A stretch of DNA of 64,000 nucleotides from Pristiophorus japonicus. Lineage: Eukaryota. The DNA is taken from the NCBI RefSeq assembly GCF_044704955.1, contig NC_091992.1, forward strand, positions 94,550,001 through 94,614,000, in the 5' to 3' direction. The notes under the pieces are model-generated. The model did no database searches and was not told the origin of the DNA. It saw nothing but the letters and a program-made list of their open reading frames with translations. Of the stretch, positions 52,041 through 64,000 are shown in pieces; positions within the stretch are counted from its first letter, which is position 1, and every line of letters starts with the position of its first letter. A program made the position numbers and the translations under genes.

Positions 52041-53224
52041 TATCTATGTACCCTTGTTCTGCACCCTTCAACCTATGGAATCAGGTTGTTTCTATCTTCC
52101 TTGTCCCATAATCTTAAACACTTAGATCAAATTTCCTCTGTTCCAATGAAAACAGACTCAATTTTTCAAGTCTTTCTTCATACAAGACTGTATCCTGATC
52201 CATGCTGTACCGTCTCTTACTGCCTCATCATTCATCTTATAGCACGGAACCCATAACTGCTCACAGCACTCCAACTGTGGTCCTGCTAAGAAATACAGAA
52301 CAAAGTCAAAAGGATGTTTAGTTAATCAGAATTAATTTTCCCTGTTGTATTAATTTGCAAAGAGTTCCCGATAGCGAGCCCTTCTCAGTAGTAACACATA
52401 CAAACAGTAGTAAAATAGTGGTTGTGCACATAATGGTACTATTGTGAATGGTATTCACCATCCACTGTTGGCAGTACTTCAGGAATTCCTGTCATGATTT
52501 ACCACAGTATCTGAGGTATTTCATTCCCATTTGGACATGGGATCAAGTTCAGTATGGATTGCATTAAACTGAACGGATTCCACTCACTAGTACTTAAACT
52601 ACACCTTTGCCCCTGCCCGGGGCATGTAGCTGACCATATCATATTGCTGTTCGGTACATGTACTCTATAGAGAGACTGAAGGAATCCTGGTATTTGAACC
52701 AGACTGGCTTGTGCTGTGACCTCTTATATTAGAATTAATTTTAAACCAACATCTAAAATATTAAGGAAACTGGAGATTATTTCCCCAACTAACATTAGAT
52801 ACAACATTTCTATTATTCAGGCCATGCATTACAGGTCAGAACAATCACAGATTGCGAATACACTTAAATGTAGTATTTTTATCTGATCAGAGCTTAATAA
52901 TGCCATTATAAGATCTAACATTTTTATTACGCAACAAGAATTTAGATTGCATTAATACTGCAGCTACAGGACTCAAACCAGAAGCTGGAGAACAGGTTCC
53001 AGACAAGCAACACTGTCGTTACACTTCCCCAGCTACTGCTGGTTGTAACTCTCACTGTCCTGCCCTGGAGAGAGAGCTGAGCATGCTTCATTACGTGCAT
53101 GCACAGAGCTCCTCCCTTCATGGTTACAATGAAATGTGCTAAGATTTAAATGTTTTTAGAGTGCAGAGGGGAGAATCCCCATTCTCCAAATATTTAAAGA
53201 AAGAAAGACTTGCAGTTATATAGC

Positions 53225-53645
53225 GAAAGCAAAATATTGAGGATGCTGGCAATCTGAAATAAAAACAGAAAATGCTGGAAATACTCAGCAGGTCAGGCAG
53301 CATCTGTGGAGAGAGAAAGAGAGTTAACGTTTCAAGTCGACGACCTTTCGTCAGAACTGGAAAAGGTTAGAGGTGTAGCAGATTTTAAGTAAGTGCAGAT
53401 GCAGGGAAAGGAGGGAGGGGAGGAAAGAGCAAAAGAGAAGGTCCGTGATAGGGTGGAAAGCAGGAGTGATTAAATGAAAAAAGGTATGATTGTACAAAGC
53501 AAAAGGAGATGGTAATGGGATAAGTAAAGAAACAAAAGATAAGTCCAGAAGAGGTGTAAATGGGTATAGATGAATGATCACCAGCTGTCATCTGAAAAAA
53601 TAGGGGCAAAGGTTATGGTCTGAAATTGTTGAACTCGATGTTAGA
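53225..53645 (-). mobile_element. Penelope-like element 3' terminal region
   Basis: Same terminal repeat as 6145 and 25222, plus a purine-rich stretch. Confidence 0.6.
53320..53360 (-). ncRNA. Candidate minimal hammerhead ribozyme motif in the Penelope-like repeat
   Basis: CUGACGA-aAGGUC-guc-GACUU-GAAA-CG-UUA: hammerhead core boxes, stem II and a palindromic stem III. Confidence 0.5.
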
Positions 53646-55776
53646 AAAAGGTATGTTCAAAAGCTTTTAAAACATGCCTTGCACCGAAGAAAGAGCCTCC
53701 TCAAAGGCTGCAAACGGGCCCATTTCGCGAAAACTTGCAATGCAGATTAACTCGATCTGGTGTCACTGCCAGTTTTGTGGCGGGCCAGCTTCTAGCATGA
53801 TGTTTTTTAAATTAACACAAAAGGTTGTGGAAATTCGATTTGCGCTGGATGCAATTTACGCTTGAAATTACGTGATCTTTTGCGCTGGTTTGGCCAATTT
53901 CAGGCAAATTGCGCTACCCAGCGAAAACTCCAGGCTATAAAATTTAAATCTATATACATTGATACAAAGCAGAAACAACTTTGCACTGTCACTAAGCTGC
54001 AGCATAAATACACCCTTTAATAGATAGATAAGATCGCTCCCCAAAAGGCTGTGGATTGACAGAAAAATGCAGATAAATGCTTACGCTTTAAATTAGCAAC
54101 AGTTTTCAACCCACATTACTATTCTTAGGATCATAGAATCGTACAGTATGGAAGGAGGCTCTTTGACCCATCATGCCCATGCCAACTCATTGAAAGAGTT
54201 AACCAATAGTCTCAGATTCCAAACTATATTTGGAGCAATTCAAATCTTCCTACCAAAATTATGGGTGAAAGAGACTTTCACAAATAAACAAACTCTCCAA
54301 AAACAATGAAAAATTCAGCTCTCACAAACCCAAATTTAAAGACTACTAAAAATACAGTGGGTCTCCTTCAAAATTTACTTCCTGTTACCCAGATTTTTCC
54401 TGAATATCATTGCCCAGTTTATAGAGATGAATTGAGTGAACAATGAAATCCCATGGAGAAAATTGTGAAAATTACATTATCATTTTCATAGAATCATAGA
54501 TTCATAGAACCATACAGTACAGAAGAGGCCATTCGGCCCATCGTGTCTGTGCTGCTCTTTCAAAGCACTATCCAAATAGTCCTACTTTCTGCTCTATCCC
54601 CGTGGTGCTGCAAATTTTTCCTTTTCAAGTATTTATCCAATTCCCTTTTGAAAGTTACTATTGTATCTGCTCCCAGATTTTAGATGATCACCAGACTTTA
54701 ATAAAGATTTGCAGCAATCCTAGTTTATTCTAATACCTCATAATTGGATTCCTTCCTGCCTTCCCTAAATGCTGGCAGGGACCTTAAACGATAAGAATCA
54801 ACATTATAAACAGAACTGGACATTGAAAAATTCATGTGGTTTTACCATTTTGAAGATTGCTGTAGCTTTTCGACTCCAGACTCAATAAGGCAACCAAGTT
54901 AGAACATTATTCCTACAAAACTATGATGACTTTGAACAACCATGTGCTGCAGGTGATTAACCTTTTTTGTTTGTCCAGTGTATTTATTTTAGGGATTGCC
55001 ATTTGAAGGGTTCATGGAAGATTCGGGTAGACATGTTTCACTGAACAATAGTGTGGGGGAGTCTGATGGAATTTGTCTTTACCCAACATTGATATGTGTG
55101 TAGTGGTTTACTTCTGCCCCGTTCAGGAGCTCTCTTGTTTTCCTTTAACATAACCTCTCCTTTTGACCTTTTCACTGGTTAGCAAAACAAAAGCTCATAA
55201 AGAGAGAGAGAGAGAGTTTAAAAACAATCTGACGAGTTTACAACTTCCATTTATTAGGCTTTCCAACAAAAACTGAGGTGAAATAGTGTCTAGCTTTAAA
55301 ATGCACAGCTCCTATTAGGCCAAGAAATGGACCTGTGTACTTCGATCACATGCTCTGAAGAACTCTTTTCATTGTATCACTAGGGTGGACGTACACAACT
55401 TTATCATGAACTAAGGTGGATGTCTTCTTGGCTGCATAGAGGCGTTTACAAAAAAGAAATAAATAATCTTAAACAAGTGGCAAAAGGTCCTTTAGTATTC
55501 AAAAAGTCACATTGCATCCTGAGCATGACTTCTCTGAGCGAGACTATTAATTAGTGCTGAATTATTGGCCATTTTGTGCTCTGGACTTGTGTCTGTGCCC
55601 ATAGTTAGTAGAAACTATTTTGAGATTATTCAAACCCATTTCACATAAGACCCTACATCAATCAGATGAAAGGGATTTTATCCATGTAATAATTTATATC
55701 CAATTCAAGCAATACAATTACATTTTCATTTAATAAATCAAATTATATCATTGTACCATATAGTTGCAACATATGA

Positions 55777-56064
55777 AAAATTGCCGTACAACTTTGGACC
55801 AATGATGTTGCTTCTTTTATAATTAGGTGTTAATTTAAGGGGAGGCTAGATAAGCATATAAGGGAGAAGGGAATAGAGGGTTATGCTGATAGAGTTAGAT
55901 GAGGAAGGATGGGAGGAGGCTTGAATGGTGCATAAATGCTGTGGCATGGACTGGTTGGGCCGAATGGCCTGTTTCTGCCTTATATGCTTATCTAGCCTCC
56001 CCTTAAATTAACACCTATTTATAAAAGAAGCAACATCATTGGTCCAAAGTTGTACGGCAATTTT
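55777..56064. repeat. 87-bp near-perfect inverted duplication with a 114-bp spacer
   Basis: 55777-55863 is the reverse complement of 55978-56064 with 1 mismatch. Confidence 0.9.
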
Positions 56065-56926
56065 ATGTATATTCTATGTAATTCTATGTCATTTGTTTCA
56101 TTGATTCTCTTAGTGCTGAACTCATTCATGAGTTTTGATACTATTCACACATGGTATCAGTAGCATCTCACCCATTGATTATGAATATTCTGCTTGAGCT
56201 TTCCGTCTTGGATGCTCAAGAAGCCAGTCTGAGTGTTAATCTTTTTACAAAGTAGGGAGATTGGTGGAATCTCACAAGTGAAAAACACCTTGGAACTCAG
56301 GAGTGACAAAATTATAGTTTCTCTCCCCTACAAGTTTTTGTCACTAAATAATTTAATTCCAACCTCTTTGAGTTTAGTTAACATCCAGTCCTAGCGCTGT
56401 GTAGCTGTACTTTCCTGGGGTGGCCATTTGGAGCATGTGAGAATACTTTTAGTTCAGAATAATTTATAGGTACATGTCACTAACCTATTAGGAGAATTTT
56501 TGGGTAGGCTTTATTAATTAACTTGCTATCCCTGGTACTCTGTTTCGTCTGCCATTTTGACTTTATGTGCTTTGCACTTCACTGGATAAATCATCTGTTG
56601 TTATGTAAACCTTTTCTGTGTGTCTTTGTGCTTTTAGATTAGTGTTTAGTACAATTTTTAATATAAAAGTTAAAAATTAACTTTTAAACAGTTAGCAAGA
56701 AGAAACATTGCTTTTCTCAGCAACATCACTATACGCTCCTCTGTTTAAACAGTTGGTGAAGTATTTTCAAGATACACAGATTTTAACTTTGGAATCTGCA
56801 TGTGCCCATACTGTGCCAAGGCGAATGCCAAGTGGCTCCACTCCCAGAATGACAGAGGAAAGTCTAGAAAGTAAATTGCCTGGGCTGCTCCATGACAGCT
56901 GGATAAACTAATAACCAAGGGGAGGG

Positions 56927-57115
56927 NNNNNNNNNNNNNNNNNNNNNNNNNNNNNNNNNNNNNNNNNNNNNNNNNNNNNNNNNNNNNNNNNNNNNNNNNN
57001 NNNNNNNNNNNNNNNNNNNNNNNNNNNNNNNNNNNNNNNNNNNNNNNNNNNNNNNNNNNNNNNNNNNNNNNNNNNNNNNNNNNNNNNNNNNNNNNNNNNN
57101 NNNNNNNNNNNNNNN
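56927..57115. other. Assembly gap (N run) flanked by purine-rich sequence
   Basis: 189 N. Confidence 1.
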
Positions 57116-57515
57116 GAAGGGGGAAACATAGAAACATAGAAACTAGGTGCAGGAGTAGGCCATTTGGCCCTTCGAGCCTGCACCACCATTCAATATGATC
57201 ATGGCTGATCATGCAACTTCAGTACCCCATTTTGTTGAAGATTGATGCCTTCCCACCCAACCACCACCCTCCGAACACACCCATTTATCTAAACTAAAAA
57301 AAAAGGCACAGGACTGTCAACCTGTGACGTGAGGGAGGGTATTCGACATGTATGAGAGAGAGAGAAAGTTTTTAAGAAGGGGAGCTCTTGTAAGATTTTT
57401 TGGAAATACGGGAGAGTTTAGTTAACGAAGGCACTTCTTGTTTCAATGAGACGGGCAAAAGTTGTCCCAAAATTTTTTACAAGCCCGTCTCTCTTCACTG
57501 TGGTTCTAATTTGGC

Positions 57516-58408
57516 TCATTTCAATTTCAGGATGTAGTGAGTGTCTGAGGACCCGCTGACATCGAGACAGTGCAGCGTCTGTTCCTTCTGCACAAAACCA
57601 AACTGCAGGTGGAACGAATCTTCCTTCGCCATCTGTCCCCCACAGAGATCTTTTTGATGGAGGGCAGGTAGTTCAGGACGGTGCTCGATAGCATCGCCAC
57701 TCCAGTCTTTTCCAGGCTCAGCTCCTGCAGGGCGCCTAGGCCATCGAACACCGCCACGTTCAAGGATTTCAGCCTCGGGTTGCGCGACAGGTCCAAGATT
57801 TGGAGGTTCTGCAGCCCCTTGAAGCTGTTGGGAGACAGCGCGCTCAGCTCGGGAAGACCGCGGAGTGACAAGCGGGTCAGCTCCTGCAGCCCGGTGAAGA
57901 CATTCTTGGGAAGGCTGGAGATGGCGTTGCGGTCCAGGTCGAGATAGCGCAGCGGGATGTCGGAAAGGTAGTGGGTCAGCACAGATCACAACCCCGACAG
58001 GTTCAGGCTGTAGATGTTGGGGACGCTTTTGTCGAGGCTTCGGATGACAGTGGCAATGAGATTGCCAGAGAGGTCCACGCTGAGCGGCTTCCTGTGCCCC
58101 TTGGACGTGAAGGCATCCAGATTGATCTCGCAGAGCTCGTTGTGGCTCAGGTCGACCTCCCCGAGAGGCAGGTTGGAAAAGATTCCCTCTTCCAGCGCCT
58201 CCAGGGAATTGTGACTCAGGTTCAGCACCTCGAAGTACCGCAGTTTGGAGTGCTGGCGGACATGCCGGTGATCTCGTTGTAGCTGAGGTCGAGACTCACC
58301 AAGGTGGTGTAGCCGGGCCCTGTGAACATCAAGGGGGAGATGGCCTTCAAACGGTTGGAAGACAAGTCCAGGTAAGAAGTATCCAATGGTATGGGCACCA
58401 CAGTGAGA
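57516..58408 (-). pseudogene. TSKU: Tsukushi (TSKU)-like small leucine-rich proteoglycan gene, disrupted
   Basis: VPIPLDTSYLDLSSNRL..GPGYTTLVSLDLSYN..LRYFEVLNLSHN..PLRYLDLDRN..LDLSRNPRL..LHCLD, colinear with human TSKU. Frameshift at ~58250, in-frame TGA at 57986-57988, deletion/frameshift at ~57635. N-terminus not visible. Confidence 0.85.
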
Positions 58409-59325
58409 AGGGAAGGGTAANNNNNNNNNNNNNNNNNNNNNNNNNNNNNNNNNNNNNNNNNNNNNNNNNNNNNNNNNNNNNNNNNNNNNNNNNNNNNNNN
58501 NNNNNNNNNNNNNNNNNNNNNNNNNNNNNNNNNNNNNNNNNNNNNNNNNNNNNNNNNNNNNNNNNNNNNNNNNNNNNNNNNNNNNNNNNNNNNNNNNNNN
58601 NNNNNNNNNNNNNNNNNNNNNNNNNNNNNNNNNNNNNNNNNNNNNNNNNNNNNNNNNNNNNNNNNNNNNNNNNNNNNNNNNNNNNNNNNNNNNNNNNNNN
58701 NNNNNNNNNNNNNNNNNNNNNNNNNNNNNNNNNNNNNNNNNNNNNNNNNNNNNNNNNNNNNNNNNNNNNNNNNNNNNNNNNNNNNNNNNNNNNNNNNNNN
58801 NNNNNNNNNNNNNNAAGGGAGGGGAAAAGGAAAGGGGAANNNNNNNNNNNNNNNNNNNNNNNNNNNNNNNNNNNNNNNNNNNNNNNNNNNNNNNNNNNNN
58901 NNNNNNNNNNNNNNNNNNNNNNNNNNNNNNNNNNNNNNNNNNNNNNNNNNNNNNNNNNNNNNNNNNNNNNNNNNNNNNNNNNNNNNNNNNNNNNGGAGGG
59001 GAAGGGGAAATGGAAGGGAAGGGGAAAGGGGAGGGAATAGGAAGGGGAAAGGGAAAGGGAAGTGAAAGGGAAGGGGGAAAGGGAAAGGGAAGGGAAGGGG
59101 AAAGGGGAAAGGGGAAAGGGGAAGGGAATGTAAGGGAAAGGGAAGGGGAAGGGGAAAGGGGAAGAGAAAGGGAAGGGGAATGGGGAATGGGGAAGGGGAA
59201 GGGGAAGGGAAAGGGAAGGGAAAGGGGAAAGGAAAGCGAATGGGAAGGGGAATGGGGAATGGGAAGGGGAAGAAGGGGGAAAGGAGAAGGGAAAGGGAAG
59301 GGAAGGGAAAGGGGGAAGAAAGGAA
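58409..59325. repeat. (GGGAA/GGGGAA)n polypurine tract with N gaps (58421-58814, 58840-58994)
   Basis: Low-complexity purine strand contiguous with the tail of the adjacent SINE. Confidence 0.9.
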
Positions 59326-59745
59326 ACTTGCATTTATATAGCACCTTTTAACGACCTCAGGACATCCCCAAGCTCTTTACAGCCAATGAAGTACTTTTGA
59401 AGTGTAATCATTGTTGTAATGTAAGAAACGCAGCAGCCAATTTGCGCACAGCAAAGCCCCACAAACAGCAATGTGATAATGACCAGATCAATCTGTTCTT
59501 TAGTGATGTTGGTTGAGGGATAAATATTGGCCCCAGGATACTAGGAGAACTTCCCTGCTCTTCTTTGAAATAGTGCCATGGGATCTTTTACGTCCACCTG
59601 AAAGCAGACAGGGCCTCGGTTTAACGTCTCATTCGAAATACGCTCCCTCAGCTCTGCACTGGAGTGTCAGCCTAGATTTTTGGGGCTCAAGTCTCTTGAA
59701 CCCACAATCTCCTGACCCAGGCCAGATAGTGCTACCCACCCAGCC
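59320..59745 (-). mobile_element. Deu-domain SINE
   Basis: Same family as 17138-17578. Confidence 0.85.
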
Positions 59746-60271
59746 GAGAACAAAAATAACGTACAAAATGAAGGAGGAGCAGGAAGAAATTCCCCAAGTT
59801 TGCCTGGAGTAACCAGAGTAAAGACTGTGCAGAGGGAGAGGCTCATCACCCGTGCTCAGTGGTTTGATTGGGGGCTGAAGACTGCTGTGGTGGGAGCCTG
59901 GAGCTAAGGTTCCAGCCGGGTTTTGTCAGCAGCTCTGCAGTGGGGAGGTTGGATGTGTTTGAAGGCGGGGCAATGTTTTGGCCGGGCTGGCTGTCAGCTG
60001 TAATGTAACCGTGTGACGTGGAGCCGAGAGGCTTACTACACAGAAAGTGCTGCACTGAAGGAAATGGGATGCTCTGTCATGCCTTGGGTCTGAGCGGAGA
60101 GCGCTTTGGAGGTACGGGACTCCCAACAACGCTTCAAGCACTCCTCCAGCCAAACAATAATGTAGAAAGAAGAGAGAGAGACAGAGAACATTCAACCGTG
60201 GAGATTTGCAGGATCTCGTTTTATGTTTTCCTCCCCCGGCGATCGGACCCGAGGAGAATTGAAGAAAGAAA

Positions 60272-60369
60272 ATGTTAAGTGCAGTGTTGGACTCGGTGAT
60301 CGCGGTGCTCCTGGTGTGTAAAGCGACGACCTCGCAGTATTCCAGCAACCAGTGTAGCTGGAAGGGAAG
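60272..60369 (+). CDS. METRNL: Meteorin-like protein, coding exon 1 (signal peptide)
   Basis: MLSAVLDSVIAVLLVCKATTS-QYSSNQCSWKG(S) versus human QYSSDRCSWKGS; donor AG|gtgagc in phase 2; not in the ORF track. Confidence 0.92.
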
Positions 60370-61764
60370 GTGAGCAGTAACCCCAGTAACATCTAACCTG
60401 GCACAGAGAGAGAGCACATATCAGATCCACAGGAGTGCACAGGTTCCCTGACCTGTATTGGAATGCTCCGACTGACTAGAGGAGGAAGCCTATCTCCCTG
60501 TGGTCCACCAGCACTCCGCAGCCAAGGGCACTGGGGTTGTCCTGGTGGGCATCAGAATGTGCAGGTTTTACCCTCAGACCATTCGCCGACGGTGGATGTG
60601 GCCGGCACATCCCGCGGTGTGGGTTCGTGGGTGCTGAATCTGAGCCACTTAAAATATATATATATATAAATATATTATATTGTGTTTACACGTTTCCTGC
60701 TCTGCTTTAAAAAAAAACGTAAATAAGAGATTTAACTGTTTATAAAGTGTTGAGCACCGAGAAATAAATAACTTTATTTTTAAACAAAGCACCTTCATTG
60801 TTTTGGAATATTTCAGTCTTTCCAGTTGCTGTTTTGTTATTGGGGAGAGAGGAGAGAGTTTGAAACCCATGAGTTTAATGAGCCGCTTCTACCCTGTAAT
60901 CCCATCCCAAAGTAACATCGCGCTGAGATTCTGGTCTCCGGAAGGAGGGCACATTGTTTTTAAACAGAGAGAACAAAAAAAAACACCTGCGAAGCATCAC
61001 ACAATGTTTACTTGAGAAAGCCTTTTAATTGAACCACTTTGATTAAAACATTTTTTTACAAGGTGATACAGTTATGATTATGCACGAGGTGTATGCTTTT
61101 ATGTTCGTTTAAAATAATAATTTTAGCGTTCAAACGTCCTTATTCTTATTTTTGTCTGACAACCTCAATGAAAACTTTAATCACCTGTTGCTGCCACCCA
61201 TCCCATTGTACTACAGTGATTCATCCACTTGATTTATTGGGCTTGTGATGTCTCATTGAGCAACTGGGATTTTCAAACAGCGCTGGCCAAAAAAGACAAG
61301 GGCAATAGATGGGGGACGGCAGCCTATATTTTTAAGTGCTCTTGCCTGGAAAACAAATTCATCGGAGATCTCTTGCATGAGAAACTGCGGCTGAGGCCCC
61401 AAGGCTCCACACTGTCAGTGGGCATTAAGGAGTGTCGAGCGTGTGTGGCGGGAAAGAGAGAGAGAGAGGTATGAGCTCAACAGGCTCAAGCATGAGGTGT
61501 GGCAATTGGGCAAGGTGTAGGGAAGCTGTCACTCCTAGGTGAAGTGGAGGTGAGTGAGGCGAGAAAATTGAAGTGGCATAAAGCACAGGTTTCATGCCCC
61601 AATCAACCAAACAACATAGCTTCTTTCACTTGTATATTTTTGCTTTGTTACTCAAAATGTGATATCTAACTAAAGTCCAACCTTGCTATTACAAACTGTT
61701 GGGTACAGAGACATTATAATTTGTGCCAGGGGTTCCTCTTTACCAGAGCCTCTACTGGAAGTGA

Positions 61765-62120
61765 CCGGGGCCCAGGAGAGGCCTGAGTCTGGGGCCCAGA
61801 AGAGGCAAGGGCTCAGGGGCAGCATGGACCAGCCCACACTGCTATATGTGTGCACGCTCGGTCCGTGCAGCAGAGCTGGTCTCCAGTCGTCTTGGTTAAT
61901 CCTTGCCACTGGACCAAGACCTAGTTCTGTCAAGTCCGTGTGGTGGCTGGTGTGCAACGGCCACCACACCTTAAAAAAATCCACGCAAAGGCATCTTCCA
62001 CCCTCCAAGATGTAGTTCGGGATCTGGAATATTAGGTCCTTCATTGAAACACCTGTAAACTCATCCTTTTTGGCGTGGAAGCAAGTCATCCTCGTTGCGA
62101 GGTTCTGCCTATGATGATGA
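61765..62120 (+). mobile_element. Bipartite non-autonomous RTE derivative in METRNL intron 1
   Basis: 5'UTR-like part, then M*FGIWNIRSFIETP (decayed EN start), then the RTE 3' tail. Confidence 0.75.
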
Positions 62121-63459
62121 CTGTGTGTTCAAATGGGACCCAGCAGATAGCTTCTTATAATAGGTATAATAGTTTGATTACCAACAGACGAGTTTGTGGA
62201 TTTTTCCTTCTCCTCCAATCATGTTAAAAAAAAAGGCTGAGCTAATTCTTACCATGTTAATTAGTCAAATGCCAAGGCTCTTTGTTTGCCCACCTTAAAA
62301 TCTTTGTGTATACTTGTAGTTATTGTTTGACATGTGGTGATTATACCCTGGGAGGTCTGAGCCATCCTCCAGACAAAGAAAGTTTACTTTACCCAGGAAA
62401 AGTTTGCCAAAGCTAATGAAAAGTGACCTGTTATCTGTCAGTGCGTTTACAAGTGTGAGATAAGTCGACTCAAAATAATGACCACTTAAATTAAATATGG
62501 CTTACTGCAATATAACTGCATCAGCCAGTAAATTTAATTGGAAAGATAAGCTGTTCATGCTTGGTGCTTTTTTCCTTTAAAGTTCACTTATTCAGATCAT
62601 GTAAACAATTTAAACTGACCTGAACATCATGAGCATACGTGCAGCGACACTTCAGAAGAGCTAAAGATCCACAGCAACAGGAGTAACATGCAAATACTGC
62701 AGATTACTTTTAGTGCATTATAGACCCACATAAATGGACTTTGCTAGCAGATACCAACTTTTAAGTGGGCAAGATTATCAAATGTGATAAACAGAAATAA
62801 AGATGTTTTTACTTGATTGTATTTAGAGTTTCCTGTCAGCAGGCTAACTATTACCTTAAACTTGAGCAACTTGTCAAATTCAAAACAAAAAGAGCATTTG
62901 AGGCAGAATTATATTGAATGAAGAACAGTGTCATTCCTGCTTGTTTACTTTCTTCACTATTATCACAAGTGTATGAAAAGGATGCTGAGGGTTAGAGGAA
63001 GTCAGAGAGTAGTACTTGCCTTGCAATTGTTCACACAGGATCCAAGGGAATAGGGATGAGAAATGGATCTCCACCCTTCTAAAATATATAAAGCCCAGTT
63101 CAGGGGTGGCAACTACCATTAAAGTGCACTATCCCTTTGTCTTTATTCAGAGATGAATATTGCAATCTACAAAATGTTACAAACTACAGTGCCTTTATCT
63201 TGCAATTCAGTTGCAGTCATTCTTCTACTGAAACAATTGACGTCTCATGTCAGTATTTTCTGATAGGCCTTGTTGAAAACTCTTCAGAATATGGCGAGAT
63301 TGCTTCTTCCATTTCAGATTTATGGAACTAATAAAGAAATGAATGTAAAAGGACTGTTGCAAGGAAAACTCCACCAGCTAACCACCCAAAGCACACTCAA
63401 TGGGATATATTTACAATTTGCAAAGATTTTAATTGTTTTTCCCTCTCTTTTTTTCCTAG

Positions 63460-63848
63460 TGGATTAACGCACAATGGTCACTCCAGAGAAGTAGAACAGG
63501 TGTACCTGCGCTGTTCCGAAGGCTCACTGGAATGGTTGTATCCTACTGGAGCCCTAAGGGTTAACTTAAGAACCAATATAGCAACATCCTCCTACAAAGA
63601 CTTGACTGTTTGCGTTAAGCCTTTCAAAGACTCCAAGGGAGCTAATATTTATTTGGAAAAAGTTGGTGATCTGAAACTTCTTGTGAGTGAAGAGAATCAC
63701 ACCCCTAACAAGGTGTATTGCTTTGGAATGGACCAGGGGGCACTCTTTATCCAGGCCACCCCTCAGATGGACATAAGCAGAAAAATCACTGGCTTCCAGT
63801 ATGAATTATTTAAAGACAGGACTGTTGCAGCTTTACACAATACACCGG
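63460..63848 (+). CDS. METRNL: Meteorin-like protein, coding exon 2
   Basis: 389 nt, ttttcctag|T..CCGG|gtaagc; GLTHNGHSREVEQVYLRCSEGSLEWLYPTGALRVNLR..LFIQATPQMDISRKITGFQYEL. Phase matches exon 1; synteny with B3GNTL1 supports orthology. Confidence 0.95.
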
Positions 63849-64000
63849 GTAAGCAATAGATATGGGTTGCTGTCACAGCTTTGGCATGATCTTACTCTCT
63901 GTTGCGAATGACATATTGGTTGTCAGAAGCCAATCAATAATCAATAGATTTTTGACTTGAAATTACAGTTTCTACTTGGGGTAAATGCCACAGTGATGGC

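Noticed and set aside
57986-59344. 452-aa and 328-aa Pro/Phe/Ser-rich ORFs, and the Gly/Lys/Glu-rich ORF 59010-59351
   Set aside because: Translations of a low-complexity tract and N gaps; only the last ~90 residues of the 452-aa ORF are real TSKU-like sequence
63500-63859. 119-aa stand-alone ORF starting at GTG
   Set aside because: It is the internal METRNL exon 2 (63460-63848) read through its donor site
1-64000. CRISPR array or prokaryotic defence/operon system
   Set aside because: No regularly spaced repeats or dense ORFs; the sequence is intron-rich vertebrate DNA

Overview
Eukaryotic genomic DNA, most likely from a shark or other cartilaginous fish, judged from the repeat families (RTE, CR1, L2 and Tx1 LINEs, Deu-domain SINEs, Penelope-like terminal repeats, Harbinger- and Tigger-like MITEs). 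There is no prokaryotic operon or CRISPR signal. I reconstructed two host genes by hand from splice sites. B3GNTL1/QTGAL lies on the minus strand (five coding exons, 40139 down to 7333, continuing off the left edge). METRNL lies on the plus strand (exons 1-2, 60272-63848, continuing off the right edge). They are divergently oriented, as in human 17q25.3. Two unexpected items sit between them. (1) A complete, fairly young 3.1-kb Mag-clade Gypsy LTR element (221-bp LTRs, GATAG target-site duplication) has no RT/RNase H and carries, in frame after its protease C-terminus, an intronless CIRBP/RBM3-like RRM plus Gly/Arg/Tyr-rich segment. This looks like a Gag-protease-host RNA-binding-protein chimera. 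(2) A disrupted Tsukushi (TSKU)-like LRR gene lies about 1.9 kb upstream of the METRNL start codon. Exon and LTR boundaries were counted to the base; most other repeat boundaries are approximate, and family names come from recalled motifs, not database searches.
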